Positions 1-10,557 of a stretch of DNA of 32,000 nt are shown here, one piece after another. Within the stretch, counting starts at the first letter, position 1, and each line of letters starts with the position of its first letter. This DNA comes from Aliivibrio fischeri ES114 (lineage in GTDB: Bacteria; Pseudomonadota; Gammaproteobacteria; Enterobacterales; Vibrionaceae), in the NCBI RefSeq assembly GCF_000011805.1, contig NC_006841.2, one strand, 5' to 3'. The translations under genes were made by a program, and so were the position numbers. The notes under the pieces are model-generated. The model worked only from the letters and a program-made list of their open reading frames with translations. It did not search any database and was not told where the DNA came from.

Positions 1-2
1 AT

Positions 3-560
3 CATTTTGCTCCAACTCAAATGCTTCTAACGGGGATAGCTTTAAGTGCAGGGTTAGATGCGTTTTTACGAATTGCTTTATCATCAGGACAAGATAACGT
101 TAAAGCGCTATTAACCTGGTTGTCTGGTTCAACTTACTTAGTTTCGATGAATGATGTGTATTTGCTTGCCGTAGGGGTATCGTTGTTTTTTATTTTCGCG
201 ATGAAATCACATCGATGGCTAGATTTAATGGGATTAGGAGACACGGTAGCGAGCAGTGTTGGTCTATGTTGTCGTCGAGTTCGATTGTTTTTATTATTGT
301 TTGTTGCCGCACTAACCACCTTATGTACGATTATTATCGGACCTCTTAGTTTTATTGGTTTATTAGCTCCTCATATGGCTCGCTCACTCCATCAATATCA
401 AGCTTCACATCAACTCATTGCAGCGAGTTTGTTAGGCGGTTGTTTAATGATTTTAGCGGATTGGATAGGGCGAGTGATGTGGTTTCCATGGCAATTCCCG
501 GCTGGATTATTGGCATCATTAATTGGCGGTATCTACTTCTTATATTTAATGCGAAAGTAA
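3..560 (+). CDS. FecCD/FhuB-family iron-siderophore ABC transporter permease, C-terminal part (truncated by window start)
   Basis: The frame is open to the window edge. The hydrophobic multi-TM protein contains the typical 'LTGIALSAG', 'GPLSFIGLLAPHMAR' and 'ADWIGR...PAGLLASLIGGIYFLYLM' motifs. Confidence 0.88.
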   Translation, partial: HFAPTQMLLTGIALSAGLDAFLRIALSSGQDNVKALLTWLSGSTYLVSMNDVYLLAVGVSLFFIFAMKSHRWLDLMGLGDTVASSVGLCCRRVRLFLLLFVAALTTLCTIIIGPLSFIGLLAPHMARSLHQYQASHQLIAASLLGGCLMILADWIGRVMWFPWQFPAGLLASLIGGIYFLYLMRK

Positions 561-654
561 TATCCTTATTTTAACTATTGATATTAAACATATTTTTATG
601 ATGTTGCACAAGATTTAAATTATTTTATAAATTCGCTAAAAAACAGTTGATCAT

Positions 655-673
655 TTTAATGAGAATCATTAGC
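655..673. promoter_or_regulatory. Putative Fur box upstream of iucA
   Basis: TTTAATGAGAATCATTAGC resembles the Fur consensus GATAATGATAATCATTATC and lies ~35 bp upstream of iucA. Confidence 0.75.
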
Positions 674-708
674 ATTCGCATTCGTTAATTAAAAACAACG
701 GAAATGTT

Positions 709-2484
709 ATGAAAACTAATGATGAGTTTGATTATGCAATAAGGGGAGGGAATGATGTTCCTGCTGCCTGTTTCCTTAATTCTTTGGCTAGAGAATGCGC
801 TGCAATTCAAATAATAAACAATCAATATGAAGCTTATTATCGAATTCCCTTAGGAAGTACTGATGAGATTCAAATTCCATTAAATTACGTTTCATCAGTT
901 GGTCTACATGAATATTGCTTCCCTGCAGTATTGTATGCCGAGGAGTCCAGAGCCATCGGCTTTGAAGAGGTCGTAGAGAAAATATTAGAACAACCAGCGT
1001 TGGTAGGGCTAATAACGAAAGAACAGAAAGAAACTTTTCTAGAGCGAGTAAATGAAAGTTACAGTAATACGTATTTTGGAGCCAGAAATAACCCATATTC
1101 AACGATTCTATTCTCTGAAGCACTAAATTTTCAACAAGCAGAACAAGGTTTGCTGATTGGACACTCTTTCCATCCTGCCCCTAAAAGTCGTGAGCAATTC
1201 AGTGAAGAAGATGCGAGAAGGTATTCTCCCGAGCTAGGGGGTGAGTTTGCTTTATGTTGGTTAGTTGTTGATTCATCAATTCTTATTTCTGGTTCTTCTG
1301 GACAGTACAATGCGAAAGAGCGGTTAGAGCAACTGGTTTCTCAAGATCATCTTTTATCTTTAGCCTTGAGTGGTGTTATTCATGAAGGGGAACACCTTTT
1401 TCCCGTTCATCCTTGGCAGTGGACGGTCTTACAAGAGAATGAAGATATTCAAACTTATATTCAGTCTGGCTTAATTAGAGAGCTTGGTGAGATCGGTTCA
1501 GCATGGTATCCAACCTCATCAACTCGTTCGCTGTATTCACCAACTTTACCGTATATGTTGAAGTTTTCATTAAGTGTGAAGTTAACCAATTCCATTCGTA
1601 ATTTATCTTTAAAAGAAGTGATACGCGGAACCCGATTAAACCAATTATTTTATGATACTGAGTTAAGTAATGAATTGGGACAAGAACAAGGTTTTCAAGT
1701 TATGCAAGAACCCAGTTATTTGGGGTTAACCAACAAATCGGGTGAGGTGATAGACGAGAGTCTTGTGGCATTTCGTGATAACCCATTAAGTTCAAAGCCG
1801 GAAGAAGAAGCCGTAGTTCTTGCCACGTTAACACAACAAAATCCTTATGGTGGTGAAAGTTTATTAGCGAAAAGAATCAAGCATTATGCAAATTCGTCCC
1901 AGCAGTCGTTATCCCAAGTGGCTGAGCAATGGTTTAGCGCTTATTGTCAGTATGCGGTTATCCCTTTATTTAACCTTCAAGCTAATTATGGTTTGGTTTT
2001 TTTGGCACATCAGCAGAATATTGTTATGCAGATGAAGTCTGGGTTTCCTATCGGTATGTATTATCGTGATTGTCAAGGAACAGGATATACGGATTTAGCG
2101 TTTGAGCGTTTTCCTGAAGCTTTAAAACAAACAAAGCAAGATATTGAAAACTATTGGAATTATGACAAAGTAAGACGTTATTTTGCTTATTACTTAATTA
2201 TCAATTCTACGTTTAATGTCATTGCATCTATCTCAGCTTATTGCGGCGTGAGTGAACAAACTTTATTAAAAGAGCTGCGTAAACAACTTGAGGTATTAAA
2301 AGCAAAAGGCGTACGGGATCCTCGCTGTTTAGACTATGTATTAGAAAGTGAAGCGTTGTGCTGTAAAGGTAACTTTTATTGTTATTTGCAAAACATGAAT
2401 GAGAATTCAATTCCTGATCCATCAGTTATTTATTTTGATTTACCTAACCCACTAGTTCATATGAAGGATGCGATGAATGTGTAA
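709..2484 (+). CDS. iucA: Aerobactin synthetase subunit, IucA/IucC family (IucA)
   Basis: IucA/IucC motifs 'LIGHSFHPAPKSR', 'LFPVHPWQW' and 'PTSSTRSLY...PYMLKFSLSVKLTNSIRN'; first gene of an iucABCD-iutA order. Confidence 0.93.
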   Translation: MKTNDEFDYAIRGGNDVPAACFLNSLARECAAIQIINNQYEAYYRIPLGSTDEIQIPLNYVSSVGLHEYCFPAVLYAEESRAIGFEEVVEKILEQPALVGLITKEQKETFLERVNESYSNTYFGARNNPYSTILFSEALNFQQAEQGLLIGHSFHPAPKSREQFSEEDARRYSPELGGEFALCWLVVDSSILISGSSGQYNAKERLEQLVSQDHLLSLALSGVIHEGEHLFPVHPWQWTVLQENEDIQTYIQSGLIRELGEIGSAWYPTSSTRSLYSPTLPYMLKFSLSVKLTNSIRNLSLKEVIRGTRLNQLFYDTELSNELGQEQGFQVMQEPSYLGLTNKSGEVIDESLVAFRDNPLSSKPEEEAVVLATLTQQNPYGGESLLAKRIKHYANSSQQSLSQVAEQWFSAYCQYAVIPLFNLQANYGLVFLAHQQNIVMQMKSGFPIGMYYRDCQGTGYTDLAFERFPEALKQTKQDIENYWNYDKVRRYFAYYLIINSTFNVIASISAYCGVSEQTLLKELRKQLEVLKAKGVRDPRCLDYVLESEALCCKGNFYCYLQNMNENSIPDPSVIYFDLPNPLVHMKDAMNV

Positions 2485-3388
2485 ATATACAACGCTCATT
2501 TTTAATATAGAGCCAAGCCCCGCAATCACTTTTACGGTTTCAAATCAGGATCTTAAAGACTCTCAGCTTATTGAGAAGTCTTTGCAAGAAATCGATCATA
2601 TTTTTAGTACCAACTCAATTATTTCAGAGATTTATTTTGAATCCGAGATACCAAGCCAATTGGTTCAATCACTTCCTAGCCTTTATCAAAATAGGTTATC
2701 AAGAGAAGGGTTTTATCAACAAGTTGAACCATGGCATTTGCATTCACCATCGACTCTGTTTCCTTGGAGAGAAGTTCAGACACTATTACAGTACCGCCAT
2801 CATCCGTTGCGTCCTGAAATGCCAAAAGGAAGAGTGTATCAACGTCATGACCATAATATTGATGCAGAAATTAGTTTTAGAGTGTTTGATCTTGAAAAGG
2901 ATTTAGAGCGATTTACTGCATGGATGAATGATCCTCGAGTCGCTAATTTCTGGGAGCAAGCATGGAGTTATGAAAAGTTGGCTGAATTCATTAAAGAGCG
3001 CTTGGATGACCCACATATTATTCCTCTTATTGGTGAGTTTAATGGTGAACCATTTGGTTATGTTGAAGCATATTGGGTAAGTGAAGACCGATTAAGTCCG
3101 TATTACGATGTTCAACCTTATGATCGTGGGATTCACCTCTTGGTGGGGGAGCAAGCATTTAGAGGACCAGAATATTTTAATTGTTGGATGCGAGCGATCA
3201 GCCATTACCTCTTTATTGATGATGTTAGAACTCAGCGAATAGTATTGGAGCCAAGAGCGGATAATCATCGTCTATTCAATCGTATACAGGAAGTTGGGTA
3301 CAAAAAATGTTTTGAATTTAATTTCCCTCATAAACGTTCAGCATTAATGATGATTAAAAGACAGTCATTCTTTTCGGAGCAGTGGTGA
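2477..3388 (+). CDS. iucB: N6-hydroxylysine O-acetyltransferase (IucB)
   Basis: C-terminal GNAT-like domain ('WMNDPRVANFWEQAWSYEKLAEFIKERL...GEFNGEPFGYVEAYWVSED') between iucA and iucC. Confidence 0.92.
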   Translation: MCKYTTLIFNIEPSPAITFTVSNQDLKDSQLIEKSLQEIDHIFSTNSIISEIYFESEIPSQLVQSLPSLYQNRLSREGFYQQVEPWHLHSPSTLFPWREVQTLLQYRHHPLRPEMPKGRVYQRHDHNIDAEISFRVFDLEKDLERFTAWMNDPRVANFWEQAWSYEKLAEFIKERLDDPHIIPLIGEFNGEPFGYVEAYWVSEDRLSPYYDVQPYDRGIHLLVGEQAFRGPEYFNCWMRAISHYLFIDDVRTQRIVLEPRADNHRLFNRIQEVGYKKCFEFNFPHKRSALMMIKRQSFFSEQW

Positions 3389-5148
3389 TGGAGCAAATTG
3401 CATTACATACTCACTGGTCCGCGGCAAACCGTAAAATGGTGGCTAAATTAATCAGTGAGTTAGCTTATGAACAAGCGTTTAAAATAGAGCAAAATAATCA
3501 AGGTTATGTATTGTTTCTTGATGATGGTGTTTGTTACCAATTCTTAGGTAAAACTAATATTTGGGGCCAAATAGTTATCGAACCTACTTCGTTAATTCGT
3601 AAACAGAAAAGTCTGAATTCTGATGTATTAGCAACTCAATTTATGATGGATATTCAGCGTGTTATTAACATTAGCGATGAATCGTTAGCTGAACATTTTG
3701 AAGATTTGAATGCCACTTTGTTAGGTGATTGCAAACTTGCACAACGTAAAACGAATATGTCTGCAAATGAGTTGGCTTTTTTATCATGCGAACAACAACA
3801 GCTTCTGCTTAATGGTCACCCTAAGTTTGCCTTTAATAAGGGACGCAGAGGGTGGGGAACACAAGATCTTTCATTGTACGCCCCAGAAGCAGAGCGAGCA
3901 TTTCAGTTAGCTTGGGTTGCGGTACATGAATCCATTTTAGATAAAGCAACAAATAACAAAGTGGACTGGAAACACTTGGTGCTTTCTGCGGTGAGTAATG
4001 CTGAATTGCATGTTATGAATTCACAGCTTTCATCATTTAATGTTGATAGTAGCGAATATACGTTTGTACCTGTACACCCTTGGCAGTGGGAACAAAAACT
4101 ATCAATTCTATTTTCTAGAGAAATGGCTGAGAAAACGTTGATTTATTTGGGGAAGTTTGGAGATGACTTTTTACCGCAATTATCAATTAGAACTTTGAGT
4201 AATATAACTCGTCCAGAGAGTTATGATATTAAATTGCCTTTAACGATCATGAATACTTCTTGTTATCGTGGTATTCCTGGCCGTTATATTCTTGCTGGTC
4301 CAATAGCGTCCGATTGGTTGGATTCTGTTTTTAAATCGGATCCTTTATTCGTTGATAAAAAAGCCGAAGTGTTACAAGAGCCAGCTGCAGGATTTGTTGC
4401 TCAGGCTGACTATAAGCTACTGACAGATGCTCCTTATCGTTACCATGAATTACTTGGTGTGATCTGGAGAGAATCAGCACAATCTAAACTGGGTGAAAAT
4501 GAGAGTGCAATATTAATGGCGGCACTGATGGAATCTGATGAATCTGGTGTGCCTCTGATTTCCGAGTACATTCAAGCCTCTGGATTATCAATAGAAGCGT
4601 GGTTAGATAAGCTGTTTGATGCCGTTGTGATCCCTTTTTATCACTTACTTTGTAAATATGGTGTATCCCTCATTGCTCACGGACAAAACGTAACGTTAGT
4701 TATGGAAGATGGGGCACCAAAACGCATTTTATTGAAAGATTTTCAGGGAGACATGCGTCTCGTTGAACGAGACATTCCAGAGCAAGAAAACCTTGATCCT
4801 TTAGTTAAAGAAGTGACAGTTAAATTACCTGAAGAATTAATCATTCATGATTTGCAAACTGGTCATTTCGTTACGGTTCTTCGTTTTATCTCGCCACTTG
4901 TCGAAACTCTAGGATTGTCTGAAATCGAGTTTTATAGGGTACTTGCTCAACGAGTTCGCATTTATATGGCTATGACCCCTGAATATAAAGACAGATTTGA
5001 ACGTTTGGATCTGTTTAAACCCAGAATATTACGCATAGGGCTTAATTTAGCTAAGTTTCGACATAGTACGGATTCGAGTGCTTCTCGTATGCTTCCAGAT
5101 ATGGACGATAAGGTAGATAACCCACTGTACATCGCTTTAAATCAATAA
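3388..5148 (+). CDS. iucC: Aerobactin synthetase subunit, IucA/IucC family (IucC)
   Basis: Motifs 'NGHPKFAFNKGRRGWG', 'YTFVPVHPWQWEQK' and 'ISIRTLSNITRPESYDIKLPLTIMNTSCYRGIPGRYI'. The start is chosen at the ATG at 3388; the ORF opens at 3382. Confidence 0.93.
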   Translation: MEQIALHTHWSAANRKMVAKLISELAYEQAFKIEQNNQGYVLFLDDGVCYQFLGKTNIWGQIVIEPTSLIRKQKSLNSDVLATQFMMDIQRVINISDESLAEHFEDLNATLLGDCKLAQRKTNMSANELAFLSCEQQQLLLNGHPKFAFNKGRRGWGTQDLSLYAPEAERAFQLAWVAVHESILDKATNNKVDWKHLVLSAVSNAELHVMNSQLSSFNVDSSEYTFVPVHPWQWEQKLSILFSREMAEKTLIYLGKFGDDFLPQLSIRTLSNITRPESYDIKLPLTIMNTSCYRGIPGRYILAGPIASDWLDSVFKSDPLFVDKKAEVLQEPAAGFVAQADYKLLTDAPYRYHELLGVIWRESAQSKLGENESAILMAALMESDESGVPLISEYIQASGLSIEAWLDKLFDAVVIPFYHLLCKYGVSLIAHGQNVTLVMEDGAPKRILLKDFQGDMRLVERDIPEQENLDPLVKEVTVKLPEELIIHDLQTGHFVTVLRFISPLVETLGLSEIEFYRVLAQRVRIYMAMTPEYKDRFERLDLFKPRILRIGLNLAKFRHSTDSSASRMLPDMDDKVDNPLYIALNQ

Positions 5149-5176
5149 CAATAATATTAAATGGAGAAATAATAAC

Positions 5177-6475
5177 ATGACAGTCAGATTGGATTTGGCA
5201 GGGATCGGTGTTGGTCCCTTTAACCTAAGCATAGCGTCGCTTTTGGAGCCTCAAAAACACATTAATGCGACCTTTTTTGAAAGTCGAGAGTCTTTTGCTT
5301 GGCACCCCGGCTTGTTACTTGATAACACCAATATGCAGACGATGTTTTTAAAAGACTTAGTTAGTGCGGTGTATCCAGAAAGTCCTTACTCTTTTTTATC
5401 TTATTTAGTGAAGAATAAGAAATTCTATCGGTTTTTATCCGCAGAATTAAGTTGTATTAGCCGTCATGAGTTTTCAGATTATTTGGCATGGGTTTCTCAG
5501 CAATTAAGTAATGTGAAATTCTCAACCCATGTTGAGAATGTTGAATTTAACGGTGATTCGTTTGAAATCCAAACGACGAATGGAGTGTATGAGGCGAAAA
5601 ACTTATGCATTGGCACTGGTAAGGTTCCTTTTATTCCAGAGTGTGCCGTTCCACATATAGGTCCAAGTGTTTTTCATGCTGCGGAGATGGGATTACGTTC
5701 TCGTGATTTTACGAATAAGCGTGTTGTGATTGTGGGTGGTGGACAAAGTGGTGCAGACATATTTTTAAATGTGCTGCGAGAAAAATGGGGTAAACCTGCC
5801 TCATTAGATTGGGTTTCACGACGTTCTAATTTTCAGCCATTAGATGAAGCATCATTTACTAATGAATTTTTTACTCCTGATTATGTGAATGCGTTTGTTA
5901 ACTTGGCTCCGAATGTTAAACAATCAGAAATTGAGGCTCAAAAACTCACTTCAGACGGCATAACTCAACTTGCACTATTAGACATATATCGAGAGTTATA
6001 TCATCGTTTTGATGTATTAAAAGAAGATAAATGGGTTCGTTTGTTACCACATAGAACGATGAATTCATTGAATATTAATGAGTCTGAATTTTCGCTAGGT
6101 ATTCATAACGCATTAAGCCAGCAGTTAGAAATACATCAAGCGGACATTGTTATTTTAGCGACTGGTTTTAAGTCTCCTTATCCAGCTTGTTTAAACTCCA
6201 TCCTTCCTTTGTTGGATCTTGATGAACAAGGTCGATATCAATTAACGCCTGAATTTGAATTGAAATGGAAAGGCAGTAAGAACAATAAGATATTTGCTGT
6301 TAATGCCGGTATGCATAGTCATGGTATTGCAGAGCCTCAGCTGAGTTTAATGGCATGGCGTAGTGCTCGTATTATTAATCAGTTAACAGGAGCTGCGGTG
6401 TATGACATTGCGTCTAATCCCGGAATGATTGATTGGATCTCCGAACCAAAGGTATGCGAACCCACAACCGTGTAA
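5177..6475 (+). CDS. iucD: L-lysine N6-monooxygenase (IucD)
   Basis: 'GIGVGPFNLSIASLLEP', 'FHPG-like AWHPGLLLDNTNMQTMFLKDLVSAVYPESPYSFLSYL', NADP-binding 'VVIVGGGQSGADIFLNVL' and 'DIVILATGF'. Confidence 0.94.
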   Translation: MTVRLDLAGIGVGPFNLSIASLLEPQKHINATFFESRESFAWHPGLLLDNTNMQTMFLKDLVSAVYPESPYSFLSYLVKNKKFYRFLSAELSCISRHEFSDYLAWVSQQLSNVKFSTHVENVEFNGDSFEIQTTNGVYEAKNLCIGTGKVPFIPECAVPHIGPSVFHAAEMGLRSRDFTNKRVVIVGGGQSGADIFLNVLREKWGKPASLDWVSRRSNFQPLDEASFTNEFFTPDYVNAFVNLAPNVKQSEIEAQKLTSDGITQLALLDIYRELYHRFDVLKEDKWVRLLPHRTMNSLNINESEFSLGIHNALSQQLEIHQADIVILATGFKSPYPACLNSILPLLDLDEQGRYQLTPEFELKWKGSKNNKIFAVNAGMHSHGIAEPQLSLMAWRSARIINQLTGAAVYDIASNPGMIDWISEPKVCEPTTV

Positions 6476-6578
6476 ATCTTTATAGTTTGGTTTTTAAAAA
6501 TTTTAAAAAAATAGTTGAATACGGATTTTTATCATTTGTATTCATTGTTGTGATAACAATATAAAAAAGAGAAAGTAG

Positions 6579-8753
6579 ATGAACGTTAAAAAAGGGAATT
6601 ATCCGTTAACTTTAGTCGCAATGGCAGTCGCTGTTGCAACGACGAGTGTCGCTATGTCAGTTCAGGCTGAGGAATATACATCGACAACGGAAGAAACGAT
6701 GGTGGTTGTTTCAAGCCGTACACCTAAAGCGATCAGTGAAATTCCAGGAACAGTATGGTTTGTTGATTCGGAGCAAATTGAACAAGAATACCGTGGTGGT
6801 AAAACACTGGGTGAGATTCTGTCAGCGACGATCCCATCTTTAGATGTAAGTAGTGGTGCAAGAACCAATTATGGTCAGAATTTACGTGGCCGTGCAATGC
6901 TTGTGATGATTGATGGTGTTTCGCTGCAATCTTCTCGCCCAATCAGTCGTCAGCTTGATGCGATTGACCCATTTAATATTGAACGAATTGAAGTACTCTC
7001 TGGTGCAACCTCTATTTATGGTGCGGGTGCTACTGGTGGTGTAATTAACATCATTACAAAAAAAGCAGATAGTGATGAATTGCAATTTGAAAGTTATGTG
7101 AGTGGCAGCTCAGGTTTTAATAGTGGAGATGATTTTGATTATAAACTTGCACAATCCATCTCAGGAGGTACAGAGAAAGTAAAAGCGAGAGTGTCTGCTG
7201 TATATACTGAAACTCAGGGATATTATGATGCTAATGGCGATATTGTTACGCCTGATATTTCTCAAGGTTCATTACAATATAATGAGACAATTGATTTACA
7301 AAGTACGGTAGATGTAGCTATCTCTGATACAAAGAATATCAATTTGTTAGCTCAATATTATGATAGCCAACAAGATTCTCCTTATGGTCTTTACATTAAA
7401 AATAATCAGTTTATTGACGTAAGAGAAGGGTTTGAGTCAGATCGTCAACATGGTACCGAACGTATTATGTTAAGTGCAGCTTATAGTGATTCAGAAGTGT
7501 TAGGTCATCAGTTAGTTGTAGAGGCATCTTATCGTAAAGAAGATCAGACTTACACGCCATATTATCAAAGTGCCTCTCAGCAAACGACGGATGTTATCTC
7601 TTTAAAAACAGCACTTGCGAAATCATTTGGAAAAGTGAATTTGGTTTATGGTGTTGATGCTTATATGGATAAGTTTGACAGTAATCAGGCTTTATTTGAT
7701 CCAACCATTGCCAATAACTCTGGAAATTTGGTTAATAAAACGTATGCAAAAGTTGGACGTTATCCAGGTGTAGAAGTTGGTTCTGTTGCTGGCTTTATTC
7801 AAGCCGATATTAATATCACTGATGATTGGTCTATTGAGGGTGGTTATCGTTATCAATATATGAATAATAAGATCGATGATTTTGTCGATTATAAAATTCA
7901 AAAGAAAATTGCTGCGGGAAATGGTGTTTCAGCTGATGCCGTACCTGGAGGTGAGACCGATTATACCGTTGGTTTATTTAACCTTGGCACGATATATAAA
8001 TTGACTCCAGAGTCACAAATATGGGCGAATTTTTCTCAAGGTTTTGATTTGGCTGACCCTGCTAAATATTACGGACAAGGCTCGTATTCTGCAGCTGATG
8101 CAAATGGTCATTATACGCTTCAAAATAGCATTAATGTTGCTGGTTCTAAAATGTCAGGGATAAAAACAAATAGCTATGAGGTTGGTTTTAGAACCGATCA
8201 AAGTGCTTTGAGTTTTCAAACTGCGGCGTATTTTTCTCAATCGGATAATTCAGTTAAATACAATAAGAAAACGTTGTTAATTGAAGATGTAGATAATGAA
8301 AAACGAGTTTACGGTGCTGAAGCATTGGTATCGTATTGGGTGATGGATAACCTTCAAATTGGGGCTTCTGGTCATTATGTAATTTCAGAATTACAAACTG
8401 ATGGAAAATGGGACGATTTAAGTGCAGGTGAGGCAAGTACATCTAAAGCAAACTCTTGGGTAGGTTGGTATGAATCTGATTTGGCATTAAAAGTTCAAAG
8501 CCAAACCATGTTCGATTATAAAGATTCAAGTGATAATGAATTGTCTGGCTATACCGTGTTTGACTTAGTGGGTAGTTATGAATTGCCTGTCGGAAGTCTA
8601 GGTTTTGGTATTCAAAATTTGTTTAATAAAGATTATACAACGGCTTGGGGACAACGAGCTCAGATCTTATATTCTAGCCATTATGATGCAGCTGCATACG
8701 ATTACAAAGGTCGTGGACGTACCTACACTCTTAACTACCAAGTGACCTACTAA
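6579..8753 (+). CDS. iutA: TonB-dependent ferric aerobactin receptor
   Basis: Signal peptide; plug domain ('LMVIDGVSLQSSRPISRQLDAIDPFNIERIEVLSGATSIYGAGATGGVINIITK'); beta-barrel ending in an aromatic residue; adjacent to iucABCD. Confidence 0.9.
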   Translation: MNVKKGNYPLTLVAMAVAVATTSVAMSVQAEEYTSTTEETMVVVSSRTPKAISEIPGTVWFVDSEQIEQEYRGGKTLGEILSATIPSLDVSSGARTNYGQNLRGRAMLVMIDGVSLQSSRPISRQLDAIDPFNIERIEVLSGATSIYGAGATGGVINIITKKADSDELQFESYVSGSSGFNSGDDFDYKLAQSISGGTEKVKARVSAVYTETQGYYDANGDIVTPDISQGSLQYNETIDLQSTVDVAISDTKNINLLAQYYDSQQDSPYGLYIKNNQFIDVREGFESDRQHGTERIMLSAAYSDSEVLGHQLVVEASYRKEDQTYTPYYQSASQQTTDVISLKTALAKSFGKVNLVYGVDAYMDKFDSNQALFDPTIANNSGNLVNKTYAKVGRYPGVEVGSVAGFIQADINITDDWSIEGGYRYQYMNNKIDDFVDYKIQKKIAAGNGVSADAVPGGETDYTVGLFNLGTIYKLTPESQIWANFSQGFDLADPAKYYGQGSYSAADANGHYTLQNSINVAGSKMSGIKTNSYEVGFRTDQSALSFQTAAYFSQSDNSVKYNKKTLLIEDVDNEKRVYGAEALVSYWVMDNLQIGASGHYVISELQTDGKWDDLSAGEASTSKANSWVGWYESDLALKVQSQTMFDYKDSSDNELSGYTVFDLVGSYELPVGSLGFGIQNLFNKDYTTAWGQRAQILYSSHYDAAAYDYKGRGRTYTLNYQVTY

Positions 8754-8776
8754 CTGATTCTTTTGTAAATAAAATT

Positions 8777-8813
8777 AATAAGGCTATCTTTATAAGATAG
8801 CCTTATTTTTTCT
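8777..8813 (+). terminator. Rho-independent terminator after iutA
   Basis: AATAAGGCTATCTT-TAT-AAGATAGCCTTATTTTTT, a 14-bp stem with a T-run. Confidence 0.9.
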
Positions 8814-8935
8814 TAATAACTGCCGAGTGTGTCCATGTATTGATGGCGATAATTCGGTATGATTGAAATATAAGCATTTTATTTATAAGGTGTAGAAGGT
8901 TTAGCCATTTATAAATTAGAAAAGGATGACAACTA

Positions 8936-9859
8936 ATGACATACGACACATTAATTACCATCGGCGTTTTGGTTTTCTTGGTCTTAGTTCTTATTGCTCT
9001 TGGGGTTAAAATGGTACCGCAAGGCTATAATTGGACCGTAGAACGTTTTGGACGATATACGCAAACATTGCAACCTGGTTTGAATATTATTATTCCATTT
9101 ATTGATGGTATCGGACAGAAAATCAATATGATGGAACAGGTTCTTGATATTCCAGCACAAGAAGTGATTTCCAAAGATAATGCTAATGTAACGATTGATG
9201 CGGTTTGTTTCGTTCAAGTTGTTGATGCAGCAAAAGCCGCTTATGAAGTAAGTGACCTTCAACATGCTATTCGTAATCTTACATTAACGAACATGCGTAC
9301 AGTGTTAGGTTCTATGGAGCTGGATGAAATGCTAAGCCAGCGAGATATGATTAACGTAAAACTGTTAGCGATTGTCGATGCAGCAACAAACCCATGGGGG
9401 GTAAAGGTTACACGTATTGAAATTAAAGATGTGCAACCACCTGCGGACTTAACTGCTGCGATGAATGCTCAAATGAAAGCTGAACGTAATAAACGAGCAG
9501 ATGTACTTGAAGCGGAAGGGGTGCGTCAAGCTGAGATATTAAAAGCAGAAGGTCATAAGCAAGCTGAAATTCTTAAAGCTGAGGGTGATAAGCAAGCTGC
9601 AATCTTGCAAGCAGAAGCTCGTGAACGTGCGGCTGAAGCAGAAGCTAACGCAACCAGAATGGTATCAGAAGCGATTGCTCAAGGTGATGTTCAAGCTGTT
9701 AATTACTTTATCGCTCAAGGTTATACTGAGGCAATTAAATCGATTGGCCAAGCAGAGAATGGCAAAATTATTATGCTACCATTAGAGGCAACAGGTTTAA
9801 TGGGCTCTGTTGCTGGCATTGCTGAGATGTTCAAAGCAGATAAAGAGGTCCAAAAATAG
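8936..9859 (+). CDS. SPFH/band-7 domain membrane protein, QmcA (YbbK)-like
   Basis: N-terminal TM; '[56 protein letters not shown]'; coiled-coil repeats '[22 protein letters not shown]'; followed by an NfeD-like gene. Confidence 0.9.
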   Translation: MTYDTLITIGVLVFLVLVLIALGVKMVPQGYNWTVERFGRYTQTLQPGLNIIIPFIDGIGQKINMMEQVLDIPAQEVISKDNANVTIDAVCFVQVVDAAKAAYEVSDLQHAIRNLTLTNMRTVLGSMELDEMLSQRDMINVKLLAIVDAATNPWGVKVTRIEIKDVQPPADLTAAMNAQMKAERNKRADVLEAEGVRQAEILKAEGHKQAEILKAEGDKQAAILQAEARERAAEAEANATRMVSEAIAQGDVQAVNYFIAQGYTEAIKSIGQAENGKIIMLPLEATGLMGSVAGIAEMFKADKEVQK

Positions 9860-9868
9860 GAGTTCACC

Positions 9869-10321
9869 ATGGAGTTTTTTGAACAGATGAATCATTGGCA
9901 CTGGTTGACTTTAGGGTTGTTACTACTTGCTGGTGAATTATTAGGAACTGCGGGCTATTTTTTGTGGATAGGGCTATCAGCGGTGGCTGTTGGAGCGCTA
10001 TATGCCGTGATACCACTTAGTTGGCAAATGCAGTGGATCAGTTTTGCTGTTTTTTCACTCTTTACGACTTGGTTGTGGTGGCGATATCAACATAAAAAAG
10101 ACATAAGTTCAGATGCAAAAAGAGCGCTTAATCAAAAAGATAAGCAACTAATTGGTCAAACATCTCGTTTGGAAGAAGATATTCATGCAGGTTCTTGTCG
10201 AATTGTATTAGGTGATACTACATGGTCCGCTAAAAGTGCCGTTGATATAGAAAAGGGAACGCTAGTTCGTGTGGTTTCTGTTGACGGTATTATTTTGACG
10301 ATTGAACCAGTAAAAAAATAA
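9869..10321 (+). CDS. NfeD-like (YbbJ-like) membrane protein
   Basis: Several TM segments, then the OB-fold-like tail 'GSCRIVLGDTTWSAKSAVDIEKGTLVRVVSVDGIILTIEP'; paired with an SPFH gene. Confidence 0.88.
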   Translation: MEFFEQMNHWHWLTLGLLLLAGELLGTAGYFLWIGLSAVAVGALYAVIPLSWQMQWISFAVFSLFTTWLWWRYQHKKDISSDAKRALNQKDKQLIGQTSRLEEDIHAGSCRIVLGDTTWSAKSAVDIEKGTLVRVVSVDGIILTIEPVKK

Positions 10322-10337
10322 TTTAACATGTTCATTT

Positions 10338-10388
10338 AAAGTGGATGATTTGTTGTATTTAACTGCAATGAATCATTCACTTTTTTTA
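10338..10388 (+). terminator. Putative terminator after the nfeD-like gene
   Basis: AAAGTGGATGATT ... AATCATTCACTTTTTT. Confidence 0.65.
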
Positions 10389-10557
10389 CATGTTCTTTGT
10401 GAAAGATATTTCCTTGTTTCAAATATAGTTAGCTTGTATTCATATATTCATAAATTAATGTACTTTTGTGCCTTTTTATTTTATTTTTTGCACCCTAGCC
10501 AAAGAATATAGCTATGGCGATAAAAATAATTATAAGTTAATTCAATGGACAAAAATT

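Noticed and set aside
9500-9640. Tandem-like repeats (GCAGAAGG...CAAGCTGAAATT) in the SPFH gene
   Set aside because: They encode the normal heptad/undecad-like coiled-coil repeats (KAEGxKQAxIL) of SPFH proteins.
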